The notes below the pieces were generated by a model, which made no database searches, was not told the origin of the DNA, and saw only the letters and a program-made list of their open reading frames with translations. Positions 1 through 10,383 of a stretch of 64,000 nucleotides of DNA are shown piece after piece. Origin of the DNA: Candidatus Latescibacterota bacterium (lineage in GTDB: Bacteria > Latescibacterota > UBA2968 > UBA8231); the NCBI GenBank assembly GCA_965203175.1, contig OZ241867.1, forward strand, positions 2,912,001 to 2,976,000, read 5' to 3'. Within the stretch, counting starts at the first letter, position 1, and each line of letters begins with the position of its first letter. A program made the position numbers and the translations under genes.

Positions 1-466
1 AGCGGTGCTGCAGGCGTCGCTGCAGAACAGCACTTCGGAGGAATGGGATTGGCAGCGGGTGGACCCGGGCGACGCAGTAGGGGCAGTGATCAGTAACACC
101 ACGACCTTGAGGGGCGCATTGCAGAGCCGATCCTTGTTGGAGGACGTGGTGATACCGGAGGTCTTCACTCCCAATGGGGATGGGGTCAACGACCAAGTGT
201 CGTTCCATTTCAAGGTGATCAAGGTAGGCGACGACAGTCCGGTGGAGGTGCTGATCTACGATTTGAGCGGTCGGCTAGTGGGGCAGTTGGTCGAGCAGCG
301 CGAGGTGAGTACAGGAGAGTACGGAGTTGTGTGGGATGGTCGGGATGAGTCGGGGGCGGTGGTCGCACCGGGAGTGTATGTGGTGCGTCTGCGGGTAGAT
401 ACTGATACCCAAGGGGCGCGCGTCGGGGCCGGGGAGGTCTTGTATACTATTGCCGTAGCCTACTGA
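1..466 (+). CDS. C-terminal part of a large secreted protein with a gliding-motility/T9SS-type (CHU_C/FlgD-Ig) C-terminal domain; 5' end lies outside the window
   Basis: Motifs PEVFTPNGDGVND, IYDLSGRLV and WDGRDESG...PGVY; the frame is open to the window edge. Confidence 0.8.
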   Translation, partial: AVLQASLQNSTSEEWDWQRVDPGDAVGAVISNTTTLRGALQSRSLLEDVVIPEVFTPNGDGVNDQVSFHFKVIKVGDDSPVEVLIYDLSGRLVGQLVEQREVSTGEYGVVWDGRDESGAVVAPGVYVVRLRVDTDTQGARVGAGEVLYTIAVAY

Positions 467-468
467 CG

Positions 469-2058
469 GTGACGCGCATGGTTTTGCCGGGGATGGTCTG
501 TCTGATTCTCGTGCTATGCGGCTGCCAAGGATCGGACCCAGACCCCACACGACGGCCACCTGCTGCCATCGATCCTGAACTGATCCACACTCTGCATTTC
601 CAGCCGCCCGATTCCACCGATAGCGAGGGACGCCGTCTGGCCAAGTTGTACTGCCAGAGTTGCCACGTCTTCGCCGAGCCTGAGCTGCTGGACCGGACGA
701 CGCTGCGCGAGTGGGTTCTGCCGACATTGGCCAAAATCCTCGGTTTGCCGCAGGAACTGGCGGGCTTGCCGCCTAAGAAATATCAGCGGGAGGACGAGCA
801 GCCGGGCATCTATCCCCAAGAGCCGTTGATCCCTGCGAATGTTTGGGCACCGATTGTCGAATACTATCTGCAGGCCGCGCCGGAACAGCTCTTGCCCCAG
901 GGCGCACGGCCAGCGATCGGTCGCGACTTGGGGCAATTTGACGTCTTGATACCGGAGTCCCGCGTCGAAAGTCCCTTTACGACGCTTGTGGCGATCCATG
1001 AGGGGCGGATTTACGCTGGGGACTCGCGCGAGCGCTCGGTGTCGATCCTCGATGGTCAGGGTCAGCTCTTGCAGAAGCTGAGGCTCAACCTAACCCCGAC
1101 TGATATCGACTGGCGCGAAGGAACTATCTGGGTTACCTCAATTGGCTCGCCGTTCCCGTCAGACGATCCGCAGGGCCAGTTGATGGCCGTGGCCAAGGAG
1201 GGCGATACCTTGCTGCAGGTCGGCAAACGGGTGCTCAGGGATCTGTCGCGGCCAGTTACTACGTCGTTTGCCGATCTGGACGGCGACGGGGTGGCGGAGA
1301 TCGTCGTCTCCGAGTTCGGCAACCGGCTGGGGCATTTGTCTTATTTCACTGCCAAGGAAGACGGGGGCTACGAGGAGCGCTGGCTCAACCAGTACCCCGG
1401 GGCCATCAGCCACTACGTGCGCGATTTCAACGGCGACGGCCGCCCGGACATCATCGCTTTAATGGGGCAAGCTCGCGAGGGTGTGTTTATTTATTACAAT
1501 CGCGGCGACGGCACCTTTGCGGAGTCCTATGTGGTGCAGTGGCCGCCTTCCTACGGGGCTGCGCATCTGAGTCTGGTGGATTTTGATGGGGATGGGGATC
1601 TCGATCTACTCACGGCCAACGGCGACAACGCCGACTACGCGCTGCTGCTCAAACCGTACCACGGGATCCGGCTCTATCTCAACGACGGCCGCAATCGCTT
1701 TGCAGAGGCCTATTTCTTCCCGCTCAACGGGGCCTACAAGGCGCAGGCCGCTGACTTCGACGGGGATGGGGATTTCGATATAGCTGCGATCGGCTTTTTC
1801 GCCGATTACGCCGCTGCGCCCGCAGAGACCTTCGTGTACTTGCGCAACGAGGGCGGAATGCAGTTTGTGCCCGCGACGTTCGACGAGGTACTGGCGGGCC
1901 GCTGGCTAACGATGGATGTGGGCGACGTGGACCTCGACGGCGACGAAGATATCGTCCTCGGCTCCTTTGCCATGGGTTGGTCCAATGTGTCGGCCGAGCT
2001 AGAAGCGCGTTGGCGGCGGGGACCGTCGATATTGATTCTCAAAAATCGACGCTATTGA
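469..2058 (+). CDS. Lipoprotein with an N-terminal c-type heme site and FG-GAP/VCBS repeats
   Basis: Lipobox-like LVLCGC; CxxCH (YCQSCH); several DxDGDGxxD repeats; alternative ATG at 478. Confidence 0.8.
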   Translation: MTRMVLPGMVCLILVLCGCQGSDPDPTRRPPAAIDPELIHTLHFQPPDSTDSEGRRLAKLYCQSCHVFAEPELLDRTTLREWVLPTLAKILGLPQELAGLPPKKYQREDEQPGIYPQEPLIPANVWAPIVEYYLQAAPEQLLPQGARPAIGRDLGQFDVLIPESRVESPFTTLVAIHEGRIYAGDSRERSVSILDGQGQLLQKLRLNLTPTDIDWREGTIWVTSIGSPFPSDDPQGQLMAVAKEGDTLLQVGKRVLRDLSRPVTTSFADLDGDGVAEIVVSEFGNRLGHLSYFTAKEDGGYEERWLNQYPGAISHYVRDFNGDGRPDIIALMGQAREGVFIYYNRGDGTFAESYVVQWPPSYGAAHLSLVDFDGDGDLDLLTANGDNADYALLLKPYHGIRLYLNDGRNRFAEAYFFPLNGAYKAQAADFDGDGDFDIAAIGFFADYAAAPAETFVYLRNEGGMQFVPATFDEVLAGRWLTMDVGDVDLDGDEDIVLGSFAMGWSNVSAELEARWRRGPSILILKNRRY

Positions 2059-2855
2059 TCGGCTGCGACTTCGCGGGCGATGCGAACCCCTACATCCGGG
2101 CTGCGGGCATCGGGCGGGCTAAAAAAGCGCGAGGCCGAACGTCCGCCTAACCCCAAGGTGCCAAAGGAACCACCGCGGCCGACGCGGCGCTCACCTGCGG
2201 CCGGGCCTTGGGGATCGATTTGTTTATCCGCACTGTATGGCCCCTCCCAGTCGGCGACCCATTCCCAGACATTGCCGTGCATATCGTAAAGCCCCCAAGC
2301 ATTGGGTGCCTTTTGGCCGACGGCGTGGGGGTATTTCTCGCCGATTGCCCAGGCGTTGCCGCTGACCCAGGCATAGTCGGCTAGCGTTTGTTCGTCGTCG
2401 CCGGAGAACCAGCGCGTGGTGGCCCCGGCGCGACAGGCGTATTCCCACTCGGCTTCGGTGGGGAAGCGATAGAGCGTTTTGCCGGCCTTTTTATTGAGCC
2501 GCTGGATGAAATGTGCGGCTTCGATCCACGAGATGTAGGTGGCCGGGTATTGCGCTCCTTCTTTGACGTACTGACGCCGACGCCACGGTTGAGTGCCGAC
2601 GACGGCGCGCCACTGGGCCTGAGTAAGCTCGTATTTGGCGAGGTAGAATCCGCGCGATAGTTCGACTTGGTGTTGGGGTGTTTCGCTGTCGTCGAGAGGT
2701 CCCTCCTCGCCCGGGGCTGCGCCCATGGCAAAGGTGCCGGGCGGAATGTAGGCGAACTCCATCGCCACGCCAGGGGCTAGTTCGACTGTCAGCGACTCGG
2801 GGACGCGGCTACAGGCGGGCAGGATTAGGGCAAGGATAAGCAGAGCGCGGAACAT
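2052..2855 (-). CDS. Formylglycine-generating enzyme (SUMF1/FGE-sulfatase) family lipoprotein
   Basis: FAMG, RFPTEAEWEYACRAG, NAWGLYDMHGNVWEW, RGGS; lipobox LPAC; ATG at 2855 chosen. Confidence 0.88.
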   Translation of the reverse strand: MFRALLILALILPACSRVPESLTVELAPGVAMEFAYIPPGTFAMGAAPGEEGPLDDSETPQHQVELSRGFYLAKYELTQAQWRAVVGTQPWRRRQYVKEGAQYPATYISWIEAAHFIQRLNKKAGKTLYRFPTEAEWEYACRAGATTRWFSGDDEQTLADYAWVSGNAWAIGEKYPHAVGQKAPNAWGLYDMHGNVWEWVADWEGPYSADKQIDPQGPAAGERRVGRGGSFGTLGLGGRSASRFFSPPDARSPDVGVRIAREVAADQ

Positions 2856-2894
2856 GGGGTGGAAATAAATTGGCGGGAAAATTCCTCGCAAGGG

Positions 2895-4580
2895 TCAGGG
2901 GAGCAGGCCCTGCCCCTCGCGCACCGTGAGGATGCGGTCCGCCTGAATGTCGGCGAAGCGGTCAACCTGACCACTGGGCCAATGCACTGCAAGCCGCCGC
3001 ACCACGCGTTCTTCGCCTAAGCCGAAATGAGCGCGCATATCATCCTGAGCCAGAAAACTGCTACCAGCGCGGATTTCGCGGCTCTGGGTGCTGGCGCTGG
3101 TTTCGACGGTGACGATAGCACCGATCCCGTCGCGATTGCTTTTGACGCCTTGGACGCGGACGATGAGCCAGTGGTTGCTAGCCGGTGAATCGTTGCGCAA
3201 AAGCGAGGGCGTCGAGTCGAGATTGTGGACGGCAATGTCGATATCGCCATCGTTGTCGAAGTCGGCTAGGACGGCACCGCGGCTCGATTCTTCAATGGCA
3301 AAACCCGGTCCGGCTTCCTCGGTAGCCTCGGTGAAACGCCCGTTGCCCGCGCTGAGAAAGAGCTGGTTGTTTTGCCGGTAGGAGGCCCCGCGCTCGAGCT
3401 GCTCGACTTGGGGATAGACGTGGCCGTTGGCCACGAAAAGGTCTTGCCAGCCGTCGTTGTCAAAGTCGGCAAAGCCCGTGCCCCAGCCGACGAAGGGCCA
3501 GGTGGGGTAGATAAGGCCAGCGGTGGCGGTGACGTCCTTGAAGAAGCCGCGCCCATCGTTCTGATAGAGGGTATTGTAGTCGAGGGCGAAGTTGGTGACG
3601 TAGAGGTCGAAGTCGCCATCGTTGTCGTAATCGGCCGACGCCGCACCCATACACGCTTGGGCATCGCCGCTTTCGAGTAAGGCCACGGCTGCTTCCAGCG
3701 CTTCCTCCGCGAAGGTGCCATTGCCCTGATTGCGGTAGAACATATTGGGACCCGCATCGTTGGCGACGAAGAGATCTGGGTCGCCGTCGCGGTCGAAGTC
3801 GCTAAAAAGCGGGGTAAAACCATAGCGCTTATAGCGATCGGGGACGCCAACTGCTTGGGTAGCATCGGTGAAGGTGCCGTCGCCTTCGTTGCGATAAAGC
3901 GCATCGGCCGCGCCGACTAGTCCGCGGGGGCCATACATGACGTTCAGGCCGCGCCACATTCCCGCGTCGGCTCCCTCGGGGATGAAATTGACATCAAAGT
4001 CGATGTAATTCGCCACGTAGAGGTCGAGGTCGCCGTCGTTGTCGTAGTCGCTCCATGCGGCGCCCGTACTCCAGCGAGCATCGTCGAGGCCGGCCAACGG
4101 GGCATGGTCGGTGAAGGTGCCGTTGCCGTCGTTCTGGTAGAAGCGGTTCGCACCATAGTTGGTGACATAGAGGTCCGGGTCGCCGTCGTTGTCGTAGTCG
4201 GCGGCCACCACGCCCATACCCCACCGCGCGTCATCGACGCCCGCAGCCGCGCCCACGTCTTGGAAGGTCGCATCACCCGCATTTTGGTAGAGTGCATTGC
4301 GGGGAGCGGTCTCGGGCGGAAAGCCTTCGAGGGTTGATCCATTGACGATGTAGAGGTCGAGGTCGCCGTCTTGGTCGTAGTCAAAAGCGGCGAGGCTGCC
4401 GCCCTTGGCCTCGACAATGTAGCGCTTGTCTGAACTGCCGCAGATATTGCGCAGGGTCAGACCGGCTGGTTGGGCTACTTCCACGAAGTGAACGCGGGGT
4501 AGGCTCTGCTCCGCTGGGGCGCAGGCCGTTAGAAGACAAATGAGGCCGATGCGCCACGCCAAAAAGGGATGTTCGGACAA
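2895..4580 (-). CDS. CRTAC1-family protein (FG-GAP repeats plus C-terminal ASPIC/UnbV domain)
   Basis: Repeated DYDNDGDxDLYVxN; C-terminal SNRDGIGA...GSSFLAQ...HFGLG...WPSG; lipobox LTAC. Confidence 0.9.
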   Translation of the reverse strand: MSEHPFLAWRIGLICLLTACAPAEQSLPRVHFVEVAQPAGLTLRNICGSSDKRYIVEAKGGSLAAFDYDQDGDLDLYIVNGSTLEGFPPETAPRNALYQNAGDATFQDVGAAAGVDDARWGMGVVAADYDNDGDPDLYVTNYGANRFYQNDGNGTFTDHAPLAGLDDARWSTGAAWSDYDNDGDLDLYVANYIDFDVNFIPEGADAGMWRGLNVMYGPRGLVGAADALYRNEGDGTFTDATQAVGVPDRYKRYGFTPLFSDFDRDGDPDLFVANDAGPNMFYRNQGNGTFAEEALEAAVALLESGDAQACMGAASADYDNDGDFDLYVTNFALDYNTLYQNDGRGFFKDVTATAGLIYPTWPFVGWGTGFADFDNDGWQDLFVANGHVYPQVEQLERGASYRQNNQLFLSAGNGRFTEATEEAGPGFAIEESSRGAVLADFDNDGDIDIAVHNLDSTPSLLRNDSPASNHWLIVRVQGVKSNRDGIGAIVTVETSASTQSREIRAGSSFLAQDDMRAHFGLGEERVVRRLAVHWPSGQVDRFADIQADRILTVREGQGLLP

Positions 4581-4697
4581 TTTATTGGTATCTTATATCT
4601 TCGTGGTTTGTGTCTCAAAATATCTATATCCGCTGGGAACCGCCAGCCAGTTACGGGCGCGATTCGGGCGGCAAAGGCGGGTAGCAAAGGGAACATT

Positions 4698-5891
4698 TTG
4701 CTTGGTTTTGACAAAGAGCCGCAACGGAGTTGTGGGCTGGGCCTGCTAGGGGCCGGGTTGATGCTTGGCAGCTATTGGCTGCTGTGGGGATCGATTGATG
4801 GGTTTGTCAAAGCCATCGACCATGGAGAACAACTCTTTGGCGATTTTCGGCGCTTCTACTATCCGATGGGCGAGGTGCTTTTTGCCGAAAAGTGGCCCGT
4901 TCGGGGATACTACTATACCTCGTTTTTTGCATTGGGACTGAGCCTCATAGCACTCTTGCCGCTGGCGGCGGCGGCTGTTTTGTGGGGATTTTTGCAGGTG
5001 GGGTGGGCTGCTGTGTTCTACTACGCGTCTGGCCGCTATCTACTCGGCCTCTCTGCTCGGGGTATGCTGGTTTATTGGTTGTTGTTGCTGGCTTCCTTCC
5101 CCTTGTTGCACAATTTCAAATGGGGGCAGGTCAGCGTGTTGGTGACGCTTGGCATTGTGGCGGCGTTTGCGCTGCACCAGCGGGGACGGAGCGCGCTGGG
5201 GGGGATCGCGTTGGCGCTGGTCACCTGCATCAAGTACTATCCCGGCGCATTTGTCGTGTATTTTCTTATTCGTCGCGACGGGCGCTTCCTCGCGGCTTTT
5301 GGCATCGGCTTGTTGGGGTTTTACTGCCTGCTGCCAGCCGCGTTATTAGGACCTGCGGATTGGTGGTATTTCGAACACGCATCCGCACAATCGCTGCCAG
5401 AGGCGGCCCGGCTCCTCCGAGATTTTAATACTCAGTATTTTGTCCACGTACTCAACCGCTGGGGGCAGCCGCTGGGGTATCGCCTCGGGGAATCGACGCT
5501 CGATGTGCTGCGGCTCGCAGGTGCGCTGGTCTTTTGCGCCAATAGCGTTGCGGTGTGGTGGTTGCACAAGCGAAAAATCGCGCATAGGGAGGCGCTATCT
5601 GCTACAGCGCTCTTTCTCGTCTTGCCGTTTGTGGTGCAGACTTCGTGGCCCCACTACTTCGTCTTCTTGCCCTTTTGCCAAGCGGCGTTGTGGGTGGCGC
5701 TCGGAGATGCCCGAGCGCATTGGCTGTGGCGGGTGCCGGTTGTGTGCTCGGCGGTGCTGGCGAGCGGGTACTGCTTTGCCTTGTTCCCAAGTTGGCGGTT
5801 GTACAATGGGGTGAGTGTGTTGTGGGTAGCTGATGCGGCCCTGTTGTGTTCGCTCTACGGTTTGGCCCTACGGCGAGGATTGCGCCAGTGA
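4698..5891 (+). CDS. Multi-pass GT-C glycosyltransferase, GT87/DUF2029-like
   Basis: Early DF..FYY loop, HNFKWGQV, IKYYP, SWPHY, many TM segments; start uncertain (ORF open from 4569). Confidence 0.7.
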   Translation: MLGFDKEPQRSCGLGLLGAGLMLGSYWLLWGSIDGFVKAIDHGEQLFGDFRRFYYPMGEVLFAEKWPVRGYYYTSFFALGLSLIALLPLAAAAVLWGFLQVGWAAVFYYASGRYLLGLSARGMLVYWLLLLASFPLLHNFKWGQVSVLVTLGIVAAFALHQRGRSALGGIALALVTCIKYYPGAFVVYFLIRRDGRFLAAFGIGLLGFYCLLPAALLGPADWWYFEHASAQSLPEAARLLRDFNTQYFVHVLNRWGQPLGYRLGESTLDVLRLAGALVFCANSVAVWWLHKRKIAHREALSATALFLVLPFVVQTSWPHYFVFLPFCQAALWVALGDARAHWLWRVPVVCSAVLASGYCFALFPSWRLYNGVSVLWVADAALLCSLYGLALRRGLRQ

Positions 5892-7657
5892 CTCGTCTAT
5901 TGCTGCTACTGGTGATCTGCGCCGCCTGCGAGCCTGCACCACCGGCCATTCCTGGTCCGTTCCAAGTGGTCGAGGATGCGGGTCTCGATTTTACCTACAC
6001 CAACGGTGCCGCGGGCGATTACTTTCTCATTGAGACCATGGGGGCTGGCGGGGCTTTCCTCGACTACGACCAAGATGGCTGGCTCGACATCTACTTGGTG
6101 GATGGATTCGACTTGTCGCATCTGCGCGGCCAGTACCCGCCGATCAATCTCAGCTACCGCGACGAGACCCACTACTGGGTAGAAAAGGACTACCGGCCCG
6201 GTCTGAGCTTTGAGGGCCTAGTGGATGAGAGTGCCTATCAAGTAGCCCCGGCCACCGCCCGCCCACCCAAGGGCAACAAACTCTACCGCAACGAGGGAGA
6301 CGGGACGTTTCGCGAGGTAGAAGGTGCGGCCGGGGCGGGCGATACTGGCTATGGCATGGGCGTGGCTGTCGGCGACTTTGACGCGGACGGCGACCCGGAT
6401 CTCTATGTCACCAACTACGGTTCCAACGTTCTTTACCGCAACGACGGTGGTGCGTTTGTCGATGTTACTGAAAAAGCCGGCGTGGGCGATCCGCGCTGGA
6501 GTACCAGTGCCCTGTTCTTCGACTACGACGCCGATGGCGATCTCGACCTTTACGCGGCCAATTACCTCGACTTCTACCCGGCCAACAACCGCGTTTGCGG
6601 CGGCACTATCACCCCTAAGAGCCGGCGCAAAGAGTTGCTGAAAATTCCCTTCGCCCTGCGCACCTATTGCAGCCCGCGCCGCTACAATGGCGTCCCGGAT
6701 GTGCTCTACCGCAACGATGGCGCTACCTTTGTCGATATCACCGAACAGGCGGGGGTCTTCAACCGCTTTGGCAAGGGCTTGGGGGCGCTGGCCGGCGACA
6801 TTGACGCGGATGGCGATTTGGATCTGTACGTGGCCAATGACGGGGTCCGCAATGCGCTTTACCGCAACGACGGCGGCACCTTCGTCGATATCGCGCTCGT
6901 CGCGGGGGCCGCGTACAATGGCAACGGCCAGGCCGAGGCTGGCATGGGCGTGGCTGCTGGCGACTTTGACGCGGACGGCGACCCGGACCTTTTCGTCACC
7001 AATTTCTCGCGCGAGAGCAATACGCTCTACCGCAACGACGGTGCGCTTCGCTTCACCGACAGCGGGGATGCTATCGGCCTCGCCGATCCGAGTTTGCGCC
7101 CCTTGGGCTTTGGCACCCTGTTTTTCGACGCGGACAACGACGCCGACCTCGACCTCTTCGTCGCCAATGGGCATGTCATGGACCGGATTCAGCTCCTCGA
7201 AGAAGACCTCCGCTACGCCCAACCCGATCAGCTTTTCGCCAATAGCGGCGGCCAGTTCCGCGACGTGTCGGCGGCGGCCGGCCCGGCCTTTGCTCGGATT
7301 GCGGTCTCGCGTGGCGCAGCGTATGGCGACTACGACGCGGATGGCGACCTCGACTTGTTGGTCACCCATGCCAGCGGTCCGGCGGTCCTCTACCGCAACG
7401 ACCTGCCGCCTCGTTCTCATTGGCTCTTGGTGGAGGGCCTAGTGGCCGGTGCCCGCGTCCGCCTGCGGTGCGATGGCCACCAGCAGACGCGGACCGTCAC
7501 CGCTGGCGGCAGCTACCTGTCAGCCAGCGATCCGCGCCTCCACTTTGGCTTGGGGACTTGCACCCGCATAGAGCATCTCGAAATCCGCTGGCCGGATGGT
7601 GCGCGGACGGACCACTACGACTTGGCCGCCGACCAAGTACTCGACAGCGGACGATGA
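5888..7657 (+). CDS. CRTAC1-family protein (FG-GAP plus ASPIC/UnbV)
   Basis: DxDADGDxDL repeats; GGSYLSASDPRLHFGLG; GTG start overlaps the upstream stop. Confidence 0.9.
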   Translation: MTRLLLLLVICAACEPAPPAIPGPFQVVEDAGLDFTYTNGAAGDYFLIETMGAGGAFLDYDQDGWLDIYLVDGFDLSHLRGQYPPINLSYRDETHYWVEKDYRPGLSFEGLVDESAYQVAPATARPPKGNKLYRNEGDGTFREVEGAAGAGDTGYGMGVAVGDFDADGDPDLYVTNYGSNVLYRNDGGAFVDVTEKAGVGDPRWSTSALFFDYDADGDLDLYAANYLDFYPANNRVCGGTITPKSRRKELLKIPFALRTYCSPRRYNGVPDVLYRNDGATFVDITEQAGVFNRFGKGLGALAGDIDADGDLDLYVANDGVRNALYRNDGGTFVDIALVAGAAYNGNGQAEAGMGVAAGDFDADGDPDLFVTNFSRESNTLYRNDGALRFTDSGDAIGLADPSLRPLGFGTLFFDADNDADLDLFVANGHVMDRIQLLEEDLRYAQPDQLFANSGGQFRDVSAAAGPAFARIAVSRGAAYGDYDADGDLDLLVTHASGPAVLYRNDLPPRSHWLLVEGLVAGARVRLRCDGHQQTRTVTAGGSYLSASDPRLHFGLGTCTRIEHLEIRWPDGARTDHYDLAADQVLDSGR

Positions 7658-9252
7658 ACCAGCGCGAACGCCTGCTCCACGCTCTGATCCTGCTGTTGGC
7701 CGGTGCTGCGCTCTGCTATGGCTGGAAACTGTACTGGTTCCTCACCGACGATGCCTACATTTCCTTTCGCTACGTAAGCAACTGGGCTTTGGGCCACGGC
7801 CCGGTGTGGAATCCGCCCCCGTTTCGTCCGGTCGAAGGCTACACCAATTTTCTGTGGATCGTCCTGCTGTATGGGGTCTGGCAGGCCTTGGACGTTGTCC
7901 CTCCCGCAGCGGCCAACTACCTCGCCTTGTGCTTTGCCCTGTGTTCGGTGTACATCGCTTCACAGATGCTGCTGCGCTTGCCTTGGTCGCCCGGGCTGCG
8001 CCCCTATCGCTTGGTCTTTCTCGCCCTTTTGCTGCTCGCAGTGGTCACCAACCGCACCTTCTTGGCTTGGAGCAGTTCGGGCTTAGAAACGGCGCTGTTT
8101 GGTTGCACGGTCCTCGCTTGGACTTGGGCTTGCGCTTTTGTTGCTCCTAGCCACCGGAGGTGGCCCTTAGTTATTTCCGCTGCCGCCGCCGGTATCTATC
8201 TGACGCGTCCCGATGGCTTGCTTTTTCTCAGTGCCACTGCGGTCGCGCTCTTTTGGGCTTGGCGCACTGGCTGCTATCCCGCTCGGCGGCTCGCCCAAGC
8301 CCTGCCCCTGCTGGCCGCGCCGCTGCACCTAGTCTGGCGTCAGAGCTTGTACGGCGAATGGCTGCCCAATACCTATTACGCCAAAGCCATCGGAGCTTGG
8401 CCGGCCAGCGGTTTCCGCTACGCGCTCTCTTTTGTCCTCGAATACGCCCTGTGGACGTGGGGGCTACTTTTGATCTATGTGCTATGGAAAAAGAAGGAGG
8501 CGCTCAGGCCGTCTTGGCATGGACTGCTGGCCGCGCTCGCACTGTGCGGACACGCTGCGTACTACACGTTCGTCCACGGTGGAGACCACTTTGAGTATCG
8601 AATTTACGCGCACTTGGTGCCCTTGTGCTACCTCGCCTTTGCGTGGTGCCTAAACGCCGTGGGAGTCCAACCGAAAAAAGCGCTTGCGGCGCTCGGCCTC
8701 GCGGTTGTGCTTTCCTGGCCGGTTCCTTGGATCCATTGGTCCCAGACCCACCACATCGCCAGCCGCGGCCAGACCTTGCAACTCAAAGTGCCCGTGGCTC
8801 CTCACTTTCCCGCTCCAATCCGCTGGTACGCCGCTGCTTTTGACGAGCTGCAATTTTGGCTCATCGACCGCTTCGTCTGCATTCGCCACCAAGAGCACAA
8901 AACCAACGCGGAATTCCTCGCCGGGATGTTTCCTCCGCGTGCTCAGGGTCAGTTTCTGCCCGCGGCCAACTATCCGGTTTTTTTCTTCCCCGCCATTGGC
9001 ATCCCGGCCTGGCGCTTGCCGCACATCAACATCCTCGACGTTCACGGCCTCAACGACTACGTCATCGCCCGTACGCCCCCCGAGCCGACCGCCGAGCGCA
9101 TGATGGCCCACGAGCGCACGCCGCCGGCCGGTTATGTAGAGTGCTTCCAGCCCAATGTCCGCCTCGTCGCCCCTGGGCAAGTTAAAGTGTTTCCCCGCGC
9201 ACTGTCAGCCGACGACATTGCCGACTGCGAGACCCGTTGGGCGGCCCGTTAG
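7654..9252 (+). CDS. GT-C fold membrane glycosyltransferase (AftB/arabinofuranosyltransferase-like)
   Basis: TDDAYISFRY...VEGYTNFLW, SGLET, TRPDG, PNTYYAK, GGD, LDVHGLND motifs. Confidence 0.7.
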   Translation: MNQRERLLHALILLLAGAALCYGWKLYWFLTDDAYISFRYVSNWALGHGPVWNPPPFRPVEGYTNFLWIVLLYGVWQALDVVPPAAANYLALCFALCSVYIASQMLLRLPWSPGLRPYRLVFLALLLLAVVTNRTFLAWSSSGLETALFGCTVLAWTWACAFVAPSHRRWPLVISAAAAGIYLTRPDGLLFLSATAVALFWAWRTGCYPARRLAQALPLLAAPLHLVWRQSLYGEWLPNTYYAKAIGAWPASGFRYALSFVLEYALWTWGLLLIYVLWKKKEALRPSWHGLLAALALCGHAAYYTFVHGGDHFEYRIYAHLVPLCYLAFAWCLNAVGVQPKKALAALGLAVVLSWPVPWIHWSQTHHIASRGQTLQLKVPVAPHFPAPIRWYAAAFDELQFWLIDRFVCIRHQEHKTNAEFLAGMFPPRAQGQFLPAANYPVFFFPAIGIPAWRLPHINILDVHGLNDYVIARTPPEPTAERMMAHERTPPAGYVECFQPNVRLVAPGQVKVFPRALSADDIADCETRWAAR

Positions 9253-9366
9253 GTACTCTCACCTTCTGGGTGCAGGTTTAGATAGCATTCGTAAGTAGGC
9301 CAAAGCGGGGATTGGCTCAAGAGGTGTGGGGATGGTTATATTGCAAAGCCAGAAAGGAGAGCCTGT

Positions 9367-10380
9367 ATGCGTCTGCTACTAATTTGGGCTGTCGCGCTCG
9401 TTGCAGCCGGATGCGGTGGGTCCGGCGAATCGGGCGACGAGCCCACGGAGAAGAAAATCGTTTGGTACGCCCTGATGGTTCACCCCTATGTCGAAGAGGT
9501 GCAAAAAGGGGTGATCGGCTATGAGCGCGACACCGGGATCAAGATCAAGCGCCAGATCGGCCAAAACTGGACCCAAGACAACGAAAACGCCAACGTCGAG
9601 CCGCTGGCTGCTCAGGGCTACAAGGGCTTCTCGCTCTACCCCGCCGACGCCAGCGCTGCCAATGGACTCTACGAGGAATTGGTGCAAAACGGGGCCTATG
9701 TCGTCAGCTATGGAGCGCCGACGACGCTGCCGACGCCGGCGTCGTTTTGCGTGGCGACCGATGTTAAACAGGCGGCGATGGAAGCCACCGAGGCGCTAAT
9801 CGGCTTTATGGACGGCAAGGGGAATATCCTCAACGTGCTCGAACTGGTCGAAGACCCGAACACCATTCTGCGCAAAGAAGGTGTCGAGGCAGCGGTAGCC
9901 AAATACCCAGAGGTCCAGATCATCCAGGAAATCGCCGGCATGGAGTCGATTGAGACCAGCACGGCCAAGATCCAAGACGCACTCTCGGCGCGGATCGAGG
10001 AGATCGACGGCGTGATTTGTACGGGGTACACTCCCACCGTGGCCGCGGCGACCATTCTGTCGGAGTGGAACCAAACTCCGGACAACAAGCGCATCCACTT
10101 CGTCGGCATCGACACGGACTCGGTGGTGCTCGACGCGATCCGCCAGGGGGCCATCGACGCGACCATCTCGCAAAACCCCTATGGCCACGGCTATATCACG
10201 TGCGCTCTCCTGAGCTATCTGCTCGACGGCTGGCTGGCCAATCCCGACCACTACTTCATCAACTCGGGCACGGTGCTGGTGACCAAGGACAACGTCGATA
10301 CCTTTGAGGATGAAGTCAGGGCCATCACCGCGCAGATTATGGGCGAGTTGGAGACCAAATACCTCAGCCCACCTCGCTAA
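9367..10380 (+). CDS. Sugar ABC transporter substrate-binding lipoprotein (RbsB-like)
   Basis: Lipobox AAGC; GIDT...ATISQNPYGHGY; RBS AAGGAG. Confidence 0.88.
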   Translation: MRLLLIWAVALVAAGCGGSGESGDEPTEKKIVWYALMVHPYVEEVQKGVIGYERDTGIKIKRQIGQNWTQDNENANVEPLAAQGYKGFSLYPADASAANGLYEELVQNGAYVVSYGAPTTLPTPASFCVATDVKQAAMEATEALIGFMDGKGNILNVLELVEDPNTILRKEGVEAAVAKYPEVQIIQEIAGMESIETSTAKIQDALSARIEEIDGVICTGYTPTVAAATILSEWNQTPDNKRIHFVGIDTDSVVLDAIRQGAIDATISQNPYGHGYITCALLSYLLDGWLANPDHYFINSGTVLVTKDNVDTFEDEVRAITAQIMGELETKYLSPPR

Positions 10381-10383
10381 TTC

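Noticed and set aside
7420-7653. Long N-terminal extensions in the ORF track (7420, 21511, 33589, 59158, 59484)
   Set aside because: They overlap neighbouring genes; downstream starts with an RBS or stop-start coupling fit better.
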